Assembly: GCF_032062105.1 (NCBI RefSeq)
Contig: NW_026939106.1
Coordinates: 1 to 64,000 of the forward strand
Length of the DNA: 64,000 nucleotides
Direction of reading: 5' to 3'
Origin: Saccostrea cucullata
Taxonomy: Eukaryota
Shown here: positions 34,101-45,317 of the stretch, piece after piece
Layout: each line of letters starts with the position of its first letter
How positions within the stretch are numbered: position 1 is the first letter of the stretch
Program-made: the position numbers and the translations under genes
Notes under the pieces: model-generated
What the model was told of the DNA's origin: nothing
Databases searched by the model: none
Seen by the model: the letters and a program-made list of their open reading frames with translations, nothing else

Positions 34101-37100
34101 TTAACGTCCGCGTGCTTGGCATGATTTTTGATAGGCTAGATCTGGAAGAAAAAAAAAACAAACAAACAAAATCAGGTATCTTCAAATTAATTCTTTCTGT
34201 CAAAATATTGTGTCATTTTTTTCCCTTTATTTCTCTATATATATCTGACATATTTGGTACATATTAAGCGTTCGAAACCTTGATTTTCCTAAGACATAAA
34301 CTGATCTATGAGAAAAGCAGATCAATGAAATCAAATCATTGGATTGACGTCATTTTTTAAATTATAAAGTCTATGCTTTGGTTTTTGTTGGGGTTTATCT
34401 ATTTATTTTTGAACTGGTAGGTACATGTAGGTACTAGTACTTCAAAGATGAGGAGTGGACACTACACAGAGGATAAAATTGGAATGGCCTAGAAACAAAC
34501 TCAGTGATACAGAGGCGAGATATGTAATGATACAAAAGTGCACATTTAGTGATATGAAAATACATGCATATCGTCTAAATATCAAACATAATTGCATGGA
34601 GCGGAAGATCTCGTGATTTAATAGTCAAAAAGAGGAGACTTGCATAACAAAATAATTAAAATTTACGTGGACGTAAATGGTATGGAAAATGTCGCATTTC
34701 CTTTGCGAAAATTATCCTAATGTGAACACACAGCCATGATAAAAAATAAAAAAATGTTTCATTTATTATTAGAAAGATGTCGGTTATAATACATGTATAT
34801 GGCATTACGAATCGTGTACTGCTTCACAAGCTAAGATTTTAAGAACTGAATAAATTCTAGAAAATGTGAGATCAAGTACTCCTTAAATTCATATATATTT
34901 TAAAGATTTGAGCAAATAAACTTTCTTTAGATACGAGTATTGCAGCTATTCATCCTTATCTTTTGCAAAATGGTTCATAACTACATGCTAATGTACATGC
35001 ACATGAATTTACTTGAATTTACATGGGCCTTTCAACCACTCTTGAATTGTTTTGCAACCACTCTTGAATTGTTGACAACTACCTAAGAAGCACAAAATCT
35101 CTTAGGTATTATAATGGACATATTTCATGTAGTTTAACAATTGATGGAAATTTGGAGGTATGCATCTATATATGCACATGCAATTGTAACATTGTAAATT
35201 GTAACATTATTCACGGGTGTATGTTAAGCTTTATTGCCATCTTGCACTTATAAATATACTTAGCATATTCTTAAGTCACAACTTTGCTAATTGCCATACA
35301 TGTTGTAAATTCTGAATTTACCTGGTGGCAGTAAATACGAAATTTACATGTCACAGCTGAAGTTAATAACAATTTTATCAATATCAATAGACCCACACGC
35401 CGATCCTACGGAGAGCCCTCTGGTGTCCAGTCTCAATGTGACCACTGAAACTTACAATCCAGATCCAGGCGGAACGTGCCAGCAGTGCTCCATGGAAACC
35501 TCTCTAGATATCGCACACTGCGTGGTGCATTACTCCAGCGTCACCATCTCATGTGTATTCATGATTGAGGTGAGTAGTTTTAAAAATACTCTGAAAATTT
35601 GTGATTTTCATATTTTTTAAGTATGTCATTTGTAAGCCTTACATTGACTTTGACTCAACCTATTCAAGTTAGAATACGTTGTTCTAATTACCTCCAAACA
35701 TTTTAGTCAAAGACTTAGACTTAAGCTATGCAAGCTATGCAAGAGCATGCTCTACGTATGAACAATTTCTAAAACGAGGTAAATTATTGACAAACAAGTT
35801 GATTAAACAAGAATATCAGTAGTCTCGTTTAAATCATCATTTTGTAAATTCTATGCTCGCTGCAATGACCTTGTCAGCAAATACATTATCGTTGAGTCAA
35901 ATGCTGACTAACGTATTTCATACTTATTGTCAGTCCATTATTTATACACTGAATTGACAACTGATTTTTCTGTTATTTCCCGATCATAATAAGTAGCACA
36001 CGGCTGGTATGACCGGTCGGCAGGGGTTGCTCACTCCCCCATGGCATCTGATCCCACCTCTGATGTTTTGGAGGTCCGTGTTTGCTCTGCTCCTATTTTG
36101 TATATTGTTTAATGGACTTTTGATCTTGGATACTGTTCTTAATCTCCATATGTGCTATTTTTCTCCAAGTTACATTTAGTCAGTGACTTAGATTTAAGTT
36201 ACTCAAGTAAGACTACTGTGTCCACTTCTTCTCCAAGACATGTCTCAGTACGTTAGTGACTTAGACTTAAATTAATCAAGTAAGAGTACAAGGTTACATT
36301 CTTTCTAAGTCATATTTCAGTCAGAGACTTACTTAGACTTATGCTATTCAAGCAAATTTTAAAACCATGGTTATCTTTTGAAAATTTCCGACTGGAATAT
36401 GAGGTTAAATCACTGGCGGAATGATTAAACCTCATTTTCCAGTCGGAAATGATTCACTCGAGTATTTAAGTCTGGAATAATTTAACCGAACATTCCAGCT
36501 AGATTCATCTTGACTTTTTCAATCTGCATTTATTTCTGGATTGATTAAACCAGTCTTGACAGAATTCATCGAGTTTTTCAGTATGTTAAATATTTTTTTG
36601 TAGATATTTCGAGACTCTCTGGATAACACTGTATTAATCTCTTTAAAGTTGTCTTTTGTTCCCTGAACGATAGCTTATTGACATGCTAGGATCTTAGAAA
36701 TACCTGGTACTTTATACTAGATAATCTAAACAACCCAGTCATATGAATCAGGATTATATTTCACAAAACTTCTGAATCTGATACATGAGATTTTTACTCC
36801 TGCAAATCGATTTGACCCGGTACAAAGAATATTACATGTACACCCATGTCTTTTACTTTTGTGCAAAAGATAACCATGGTTTTCAAAATTTGCTTTTTAA
36901 GCCGCCGAGGCCGAAAAATTTCGCATTGTCTCATCATGCTCAGATTTCAAAGTGCATGTTTATAATCATTCAATATTACTCCAATTCTTCAAAGGACGCC
37001 AATAAACTTTTCATAATTCTTGTGATGCGATTAAAAAGAAATTGAAAAAACATATTCCTTTAATATTCGAGAGGGGGAAAAGGGGTATGATAAATTCTAT

Positions 37101-40100
37101 AAAAATTAAATGTTGAATACTTTATGGCTAAAAAAAGGTGGAGATGGGAATACATGTTGTAAATAATTTTTTTTTGCCATGAGCTAAATTATGTTTTTCT
37201 TTCACGTAAAGGTGGTGGCACGGGTTGTTGCTGGATGTCCAGGCTGCTGGAAAGATGTTCTTAACGTAAGTTTGTTTTCTTCATCTAGCTTGTCCTGTTT
37301 AGGAATAAAATCTTCAAAAGATGAAATACTTCTTAATACACCGATTCAAAGTATCCAAACTTTGGAACATGACCATTAAATGTTCTGGGTTATTTTTTCT
37401 TCTCTTTCTAGCTATTAGTCTAGATAATAAAAAAGCGCCCAAATAATCCAATATTAATATACTAGTATTCAATAAATGCGGCTTTTTAAGTTGTGTGTGT
37501 GTGTGTTATGGGTGGCATTTTGCTACAATGTGCAATTAACATGAACACCATAATATAAATACGTACATATATGAGTAAAGTCTTGTTTTAAGGCACCGCG
37601 TACAGTTATTTACAAGGTATCGGTGGTCAAAATGGGCGAGGTCCGACCGTCAGACAGCTTTTTATTACGGACAATAAACACTGTAAACGATAATAAAACG
37701 ATAATGCCAAAAAAACAATACATAACTTACGTTCAGACATTTATTGTTATCCGATTTCACTGTTCCGGCATTCAGTGGTATATAATGATTACCAAAAAAT
37801 GTATATGAAGCTTTAGAAATACTAGTATATATATGTTCCAAGGCCTTATCACTGTTATTAATTCATCATTCAAATCTTTCCAGTTGTAATTAAATGACGC
37901 AATTTTTCCTTTTTTGTCTCTTTCACATAAAGCCATTTTTGTTGTAAGAATTTAGCCATGTGGAATACTGATTGTAGACACACGGAAAACTAAATCTAAA
38001 TCCTTTGAAGTAGTTTCAGATAAGTTTGCTCTGATGGACAGTCACTCGTTGTTCATTATAGTACAATTCTCAGTTAACCTTGGACTTTCAGTAAGGCGTG
38101 GTATTCTCGACGTTACAGAATAGCGTTTGAAATTTACACAGCCTTTTATTCACTGTTGAAATATACATTCCGGCGAATGTCAACGAGTGTATCAATGAAC
38201 CAATGATATCGTTTCTTACGGCAGAGAGGTTAGGCTTAAGTCGTCTCATCGTTGTCAACAACAATTTTAAAGTTGCTGATGTTATTAATTTCTTAACCAA
38301 TGAGAATCTATTCGCCATTTAGAGACGTTAATTACGTAGTGTCGAGAAAGTCACCCTACTGAAAGTCCAAGGTTAACTGAGAATCGTACTATCACACGAA
38401 CAAAATATATTTACACATTGTTTGAAAGGTGCGAAAAAAATGAGACGCGGTCGATGGGGCATGCTTATCCCTAAATGGTACCTGATCCCATCTCTGATAT
38501 TTTTAAAGGTCCGAGTTTGCTTTGCGCCCAATTTGTATTATTTCAGTTGACTTTTGAGACTGATTACTCTTCAATATCTCAAAATTTCATTTTAACCTAT
38601 GACAATACAATTGCTCCAATTTAACATCTTTTTTAATTTGTACGCTTTTTCTTTCAATTCTTACTCATGTTGTTTTATTTTCAGGTTTTTGATGGTTTTG
38701 TTGTACTATCTGTCTGTTCTATGGAAGTTCTGTTTACCGTGTTTTGGAATGACGTCATCTGTTACCACGTGGCAGTAGAGGCAGCCACTTATGTGGTGGC
38801 TCTTCGCTTTCTCCGAATTCCAAGAGCTTGCAGTGGTAAAGATATGCTAAAGTTATAATGCTAGATAAGAACTAATGGTTTCTTCATCACTAGGTTTGTG
38901 GACAGAAATCGTTATCCTGTATTTATTTTAAATGGGTATATAATTTTTTTTTCGCTTCAGTTCGAAAGAGAATTTATGCGGAACGATTAGAAAACGAAAT
39001 GCACTACTTAAGGAAGGCAAAATCTAAATCAGAAGAGCATTCAAGGGAGCTTGCCACAAAACTAAAACGCCAACAGGTAAATATCCTTTGAAGTAGTCGA
39101 TACGATACATTGAATTAATGTGGGTACAACATGGTTAGCTTTCATTTTTTCGCCGTGTTGCATTAAATTTAATTTGGATTGCTGTACATTTATTTTCAGA
39201 AAGAAATACTAGAATTACAAAACCGACTATCAACAGCATCGATGGACTATACACATGAAAATATATCATCTATATCAATCAGCGATTTAAGTAGGAATTT
39301 TCCTGTCATCTTTAATTGTTGCAATTAATACTGGTATATTAAAGTAAAAAAGTCTACAAACGGCAACCGATTTTTGAATAAAAGTTAATTTTTCTGATTA
39401 AATTACTATTTTAATTTCCCTTTTGTGATAGGTATTCCTCAGATAAGTAATGGAACCTTGCCTAACGGGTTCCACACCACCTCACTTGATGAGCTAGACT
39501 CTGTTACGTCATCAATTACTGCTGCCAAACAAGCTGATCTTACAGACACCAAAGAAAACGGCCCAAAGGAATCGGCTTCAAGACAGAGTAGTGTGCAATA
39601 TAATTCCCTTCTCAGTGAAATTAACTCAAAACGAGATGAAATTAATAAAAAGAGTCTCAAACTAAAACCGGGTCACTCCCGAAACACGTCTCCAAAGAAA
39701 GAGGCAAATGATCACGAAGTGATCTACTCCAACGCACATGAGACTACTTACATGAACACTTCCGGTATGTATGACGGTTGTGGCGGGAGTTACCATGACA
39801 GTAATGCAACTGACATTGTGTACCAGTTGGATAAAATCATTAGAGACAATCAGTCGAATGGCACGGTATCCGCCATTAGGGATTCTGCGCAGTCCGCACA
39901 GTCTGTGGAAACGGATGATGATGAAGCACTCCTTATAAGAAGTGAGAGTCGTACCGAGTTTACATCGGATGTCTGTTTTGTTGCTTGATTATTGTATTTT
40001 TAAAACACATAAGCATATTCATATGCTAATTATACACGAATTTAATGATAAATCAAAGCACCATGAAAAATTGTGTATCCTGTAACAACTTAGGCATTTT

Positions 40101-41193
40101 TCAAGATGTCCGCATTTTTGTCTCCTGCAATTGGACGATTTTTTTTCTATTGTATTTTCAGGAAGTTATGGTGCTAAATCTGGTTCCCATGTTCGAGCCT
40201 CGTTTGCAGGAAGAGAGAATAAAGCGTTTAGTTACGGAGACAAGACTAGGGCTTCGTTTACAACTGCCCGCGAAAGTAGAACCAGTTTTCATCCTGGACC
40301 TGAGGTTAACGAAGTAGTCAAAATGAGAAATCTAGAAGTAATGGCTGAGTATGAGGGAACAAGAACGTACCGTAGTGCTGTAAGTTAATTTTGTTTCTTA
40401 TTCAGTAGGTCGTTAATATCAGGGATGTAGCATCGTTTTTGAAGGGGGGGGGGCGAAAAGACAAAAAATCTTGAAAAGCAAAAGAAAAGGGGGATTTCCT
40501 AAACTCGAAAATCCTTAAATTTATATTATCCTATTGCATAGGAGGGAGGGGTGGTAACCGGACTTTCAATGAACAAAGTTATGTCTGGAAATAAGTGGAT
40601 GGGGGCAACCGGACTCTCAAGAGCCTCTACTCTATAGAGTGGATCCGTACATCGCGGATACGAATCCCGTTGCGGGACGTGAAGACCGATCTTTCGGGTG
40701 TGAACCTAGATCTGTGTAGCTGTAAGTGCTAGCACAAAAAAATTCCTCGCTGCTCAGTGCCCTCAACTGCCAAGTATTTGTAAACTGCATTCTTCCATCG
40801 GCATGTGGTAGCGTATCCATGTGAATAAAAAAAAATCCCAAGAGGAACATTAAACAACAACAAAAAAATGAGAGAGAGAGAGAGAGAGGTGGATCTAGAA
40901 TAATTTTGTTACGTGGTGTCAAGAATTGACAACAAGTACCCCAAAACTCAAAAAACATTATTTCCTGTCATAATAATATTATTTATTTTGTGTTTGTACT
41001 CGGAACCACATGCTTGGTATTAGCTCTTCCATTTATGGTTTTTTAGGGGTATAAATGGTCATTTTGGGATGTACTGGAAGCCTTGGTAACTCGGAAATGT
41101 AAATATATGTTTCGTTAATCTACCTTAATATACTAGTATATGTTAATTCTTTTTTTCTTTTTTCAGGAGGGCATTCCACTTACAGACCTTTAG
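21883..41193 (+). CDS. Divergent voltage-gated proton channel Hv1/TMEM266-family voltage-sensor-domain protein, 496 aa
   Basis: Ten phase-consistent exons: 21883-21899, 31839-31966, 35391-35569, 37212-37265, 38685-38835, 38961-39076, 39200-39290, 39432-39941, 40162-40379 and 41167-41193 (1491 nt). S1 LTILDILCITTELVI, S2 VHYSSVTISCVFMIE, S3 VFDGFVVLS, S4 ALRFLRIPR, followed by a coiled coil and a long low-complexity tail. Exon 1 and the exon-8 donor are the least certain parts. Confidence 0.85.
23483..23545 (-). pseudogene. Degenerate tRNA-like sequence / tRNA-derived SINE head
   Basis: Reverse strand reads ..aattgataaggcatcggactgacaatctcatggtcgtcagttcgatccccggc, with a T-loop-like GTTCGATCCC and a GAC anticodon-like loop. 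Acceptor stem is poor. Confidence 0.4.
24049..24169. repeat. Imperfect long palindrome (MITE-type)
   Basis: TTGCATTATGCATGTACTATGCCTAAATA..CAGGGTTTGACACAT / ATGTGTCAAACCCTG..TATTTAGGCATAGTACATGCATAATGCAA around a CTCGCCTCCGGCTCG core. Confidence 0.85.
25092..25665 (-). mobile_element. HINE-like element (reverse orientation)
   Basis: ttttagctcacctgagctgaaagctcaagtgagct hairpin, (GTCC/GTCT)n, and tcaggtgagtgatgtggcccatgggcctcttgtt end. Confidence 0.8.
27619..27671. mobile_element. Minimal MITE remnant (TIRs only)
   Basis: CAGAGACATATAAAACCAT ... ATGGTTTTATATGTCTCTG with a ~15-nt spacer. Confidence 0.65.
28270..28500 (+). pseudogene. Transposase C-terminal SWIM-like zinc-finger relic
   Basis: One frame reads ..WYCQCRAHVASILWFLGYERH..QD*ADYLDAA. 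This resembles the WYCxC(x)nCxHVASxLWxLG motif of DNA-transposon proteins, with an internal deletion and a stop. Confidence 0.6.
29449..30742 (+). mobile_element. Helentron-associated/pearl-like element with internal ~140-147-bp satellite array
   Basis: aacaagcaaattcaaagaattg head, about seven monomers starting near 29621, 29765, 29904, 30048, 30194, 30332 and 30479, a GACA tract and a terminal hairpin cccccgc..gggga. Confidence 0.8.
31979..33175. mobile_element. Non-autonomous TTAA-targeting DNA transposon (Kolobok-like)
   Basis: TTAA|GGGGGGACCTATGTC ... GACATAGGTCCCCCC|TT. The right target site is interrupted by a SINE. Confidence 0.75.
33176..33502 (-). mobile_element. tRNA-derived SINE (Nin-like core)
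   Basis: B-box GGTTCGAATCC (reverse of about 33377-33387) and A-box-like TGGCGAAGTGGTTAGAG. Core shared with 11097-11373. Confidence 0.8.
35734..36150 (+). mobile_element. Truncated Penelope-like retroelement (RT C-terminal relic plus downstream UTR/pLTR)
   Basis: Translates YARACSTYEQFLKRGKLLTNKLIKQEYQ*SRL..FYARCNDLVSKY..QMLTNVFHT, a PLE RT thumb-like sequence. It is followed by a gaccggtcggcagggg..ctgatcccacctctg..ggtccgtgtttg segment also seen at about 38450-38560 (+) and 50200-50295 (-). Confidence 0.7.
36361..36883. mobile_element. MITE
   Basis: TIRs AAAACCATGGTTATCTTTTG / CAAAAGATAACCATGGTTTT. Confidence 0.8.
38059..38391. mobile_element. MITE
   Basis: TIRs TAGTACAATTCTCAGTTAACCTTGGACTTTCAGTA / TACTGAAAGTCCAAGGTTAACTGAGAATCGTACTA. 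Second copy at about 17248-17574. Confidence 0.85.
40650..40830 (+). mobile_element. Degenerate SINE (Nin-like core)
   Basis: Degenerate B-box (ggatacgaatccc) followed by gaccgatctttcgggtgtgaacc..gcacaaaaaaattcctcgctgctca, the reverse complement of the other SINE cores. Confidence 0.5.
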
Positions 41194-44100
41194 ATTTTAC
41201 AAGATCCCCCTGCTGGAACAGGAAGTTTTGATGGCCTGTATTTATCCTACTTATTGTAAAGACCAAACCAAAACCTGTCTCTGATTACCCCCCTTTTTTA
41301 CATTTTGTTCATTTCCTAAATATATATCAGTAGTGCAATAACGATGCTTTCTCAGAATTAAGATTGTGTTAAAATGTCATTGTCATACGTATATTTTTGA
41401 CTTGCAAAATTACGGTATGGTAATATTCAATACTGAATAATTTTTCATTACTAATTTCGGCAGTAATTTCAAAAGAACGCGGGTGAAAAAGTGGTAAATG
41501 CCTACGGCTGGACACAGAAGCAATTAAGTTTAAAAATCATCAATTACATCTTTTAATGAAGCTACATGTAGATGAAATCAATATATTATAAACATATTTA
41601 GTTTATTTACTCTTTAAAATGAAACATGGAACAATCCCAGTAGTGCTAGAAGTATGTAATATTTAAGCTGTAAAATGGCATAAACACACCGACGTTGGCA
41701 AAATTGATATTAATTTTCGCGAACATGTTTATTACAGTTTTTTTCTTTGTGAATAGATTCGAAATTAATTTTATTGAAAGAATATTTTCTAAAGTTGAGT
41801 TATGATATATAAAAAGAGAGTACATTAATCATAAAAAGTACTCATTTATTCCAATGCAATTGTATTTTTATTCAACCATTTCGATAGCTGCAGGACTGTA
41901 GCTCTTCAGAAAAATAATAGGGGTACATTGGCAGAATCTGATCATACCTCCCATCGAGGTACAGATCAGCAGCCACTTATTCAGGGGACAAGTTATGCAT
42001 TCCATTAAATTACATCAGTGATAAAAACATTGCATTTAATTATTACTAATTTGATAGCTATTCGATTGGGGCATTTAATACACCTCTTTCACCCATGTTC
42101 TTTTCAATTTTCTTCCACAGTACTGTAACTTTTCCGAGAATGATTTTATCGTTTTTTCTTCATGCTTTATACCATGTCTTTCTTAATAATTATAATATCA
42201 TATAATATCAAAACTTAAAGAACCCATAAGACATGATCAGTTGGTTAATTAATTAAGCTATGTAAATTATATTCTGATTGAAACCAAAAATAATGCAATA
42301 CTTGGCATTGTTGAAATGCGGGTCGTTTTTGCGATGCTTGATCCTTGGATATACATGTATTTAGTCTGTGATTTTATTTTAATAAATAAATAGCAATATG
42401 TCATATTTAAATAAATTAATAGCAATATATGTCAGGTGTGAATGTCAATATTTTTTTTATAGCCACCCCGTTCCTTCTTAGTGTATTTAATCTCCATTCA
42501 AATAAATGTATGACTGTATATTAATTCGTAGAAGATGAATGCATCCTGCTTAGAATTTGAACTGTGCATAAACATGAACATGTAGAGCTTTCATATTTTT
42601 GTATTATTGTATTTACTATATGCGAAATATACATATTGATGTATTTTTATGGTTATATTCGTTGAAGATTGTTTTGCTTTCTAAATAATATATGTGACAA
42701 TAAAATGTTATCCAAATAATTTTAATGTCTTAAAATTAATTGAAAAAGACATTGGTTGATGTTATAATTCACTGAAAGGGGGGGGGGGCTTACACTATCA
42801 GTATTTTAGATGCATGTGACTTTTAGAAATAACGATTTTAATTCAATAAAGAACATTATACCCTTTGTGAATTGTGGGTCCAGCACTACAAACGGAGATA
42901 ACTCTTGAATACACGTGTTCCTTTAATACCAGAAACCAGGGTCCAACATTTCCACCGAATAAATAACAACAGAAACTTTTACATTTATACTTGTATTTAA
43001 AATTAAGTTTAATAACATAATTTTCAGGACTTCAATTTGATGGGAAGGGGTACATGTATAAACGTAGAAAATTGCCCTTTTCGGGAAAACGGGAGGGGGG
43101 ATTTAATTCCAATGAGACTTGGGCCTTGTTCAATCCAAAAGTTACATATTTAATTAAAACTGATATCTACAAACATTGGTTGGGAGAGGAAAAAGTTATT
43201 AACACTGCAATATTTAAATATGCATAGTACAGTTTATATCTTAATAAAAAACAAGTTTGCTTTATAAAGTCACAAACCTGTTATTTTGTGAAACATAAGA
43301 ACATCATGGTATGACCATTCCACATGTTAAGTATTGTTAGAAAATAATACAATTACAATAAATTACAATTAAAATATTAGAGAAACTTTCTTTCATAATG
43401 TTAATTTAAATAGAACTGTAGCTCCATTTGAAAATTTGAACATTTTAATGAAAAATCATCAGAGACAAACTGCCAAGTTTTTGAATTTATGTTTTTCACT
43501 AAGACAAAATTATTTATATCAATCAAATTAATATTATAATGTCCATCATGCGCGCTTTAAATGATTATAGTAATACTGTACATATATTAAAGTGACATAT
43601 AGGTCCAATTGGCCGGGTGTGATGTATATACGTTTATATTGCATTTACTTGTTGTCTATACACATGTCACTATAATAAAATATTCACTAATACTACAATG
43701 CACACAGTTCTGAATTTAATTCCATCATGGCAGTATTGATGAGAAAATTAATCCTTTACTTAAAATTTACAGGCAAAAATGTTAAATAAAACACTGACAA
43801 ACTCTGCTAATAAATGAACATTCAATTAATTGTATAATTTGTTAATATGTATCCATCTGAGATTTTGTTATTTAATGTTAAAAAAAGTATAAAACAAAGT
43901 GCACAAGCCCAGAATTGAGACACGGGAGTGACTTTGTGTAGATTGTTATTAAGCTCCCTGAAATAATTCAAAAGGTACATCATATAAAGCTATAAATGCA
44001 TCAATTCATAAATGTATGATGAATCAAAAAATACATAGCATCAAAAACAACAAATTCTTTCTCCAAATATTATGAATATCAATCATTATTACACGATGAT

Positions 44101-44328
44101 AAAGAAAAATCTAAAAATTCAGCTTTGTGTAATTTCAAATATTTTGTTAAAAATGAAGAGTTTTTTTTTTCAATAAGTTCATGGCATATCAATATATAAA
44201 GCACAGGTTTTGTTCTTAAATGAAAGTGCTACTTTGATCTGATTTTCAACAAAGATAAATTATCATTATCTAATAACACACGCTAATGATAAAATGTACA
44301 ATATCTTACAAAATACTGTTTAATATAC

Positions 44329-45125
44329 ACAGTCAAACCTCATTAACTCAAACTTGATAGACTGAGAATATACATTTTCAAGGATTCAAGATATACAGGG
44401 CAAATATTAGAGATTTAAGATCATGAGACTAGAAATTCACTTCTACATATCCATGGTATTCAAGAAATCAGTGTATGGAGAAACCCATGTTCAACTGTAG
44501 TTTAAAGCAATTATATAACCTTGAAAAATTAACTATCTAATATTTGAACACACTATAATTTTACATTTTAAAGCTATTGTCAAGAAGATAAAATAATTGC
44601 AAAACCCTCACTAAATTTGTTTTAGAATGTGAAGTGGTACATTGATAAGACATTCACACACTGTCATAAAATCATCACTTATACATTTGTGTTTAAAGAG
44701 TTTTGCAATGTTCTAATAATGCTACATGTTCTTTTCTCTTAAATCATCTTAAAATGAAATACTGTTTATTAATATATTGCAAACATCAATTTTTAATTTA
44801 AATTAAAAAGATAACATTTTTCAAATTCAAAATCATTTTAAAGCTTGTTTACATGTAATAATGTCAATGATTGTTAAAAAAAGCAAACTCCCTATCAATT
44901 TACTAAGCCAACTTTTATTCGTGATGTCTTTATTTCACGATTTTATGAAGGCAAACTACCGGTAGTTCACGACGATTAATTTTTCGTGATGAAGCCTTTT
45001 TTTGATCTGTTGTTAATAGACACAGACTTTAAGGATCGGTTCGCAGTTAGAAATATTCGCGATGACGACTCTCTCAAAACTCGCAAAAAATTTCTCACAC
45101 GCAAATAAAAGTTTGTTTACAGTAT
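44329..45125. mobile_element. Two short Tc1/mariner-type MITEs (44329-44499 and about 44901-45125)
   Basis: CAGTCAAACCTC..GTTCAACTGTA, and a second element ending ..aaataaaagtttgtttACAGTA. Confidence 0.55.
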
Positions 45126-45317
45126 CTGCAATAATCATTTAAGAATTTATAAGCAATTAAACATGTTAAACATATTTAAAAAATTGAGTCTCCTTTGTTA
45201 ATATAATAATTAGATATGTTACCTTCAAAATTATCCCTCTTTAAGACATTCCCACTAAAAAAGAACCCCACATATTTATGGTTTCAGAATGTGAAAGTTA
45301 TCTATAAATGCTCGACA

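Noticed and set aside
36000-36100. Hammerhead ribozyme in the Penelope-like UTR
   Set aside because: CUGA is present, but no CUGAnGA/GAAA core with proper stems could be identified by eye.
40045-40317. Alternative frame (EVMVLNLVPMFEPRL...) for Hv-like exon 9
   Set aside because: Only the SYGAKSG frame stays open to the gtaagt donor at 40380 and joins the final exon in phase.
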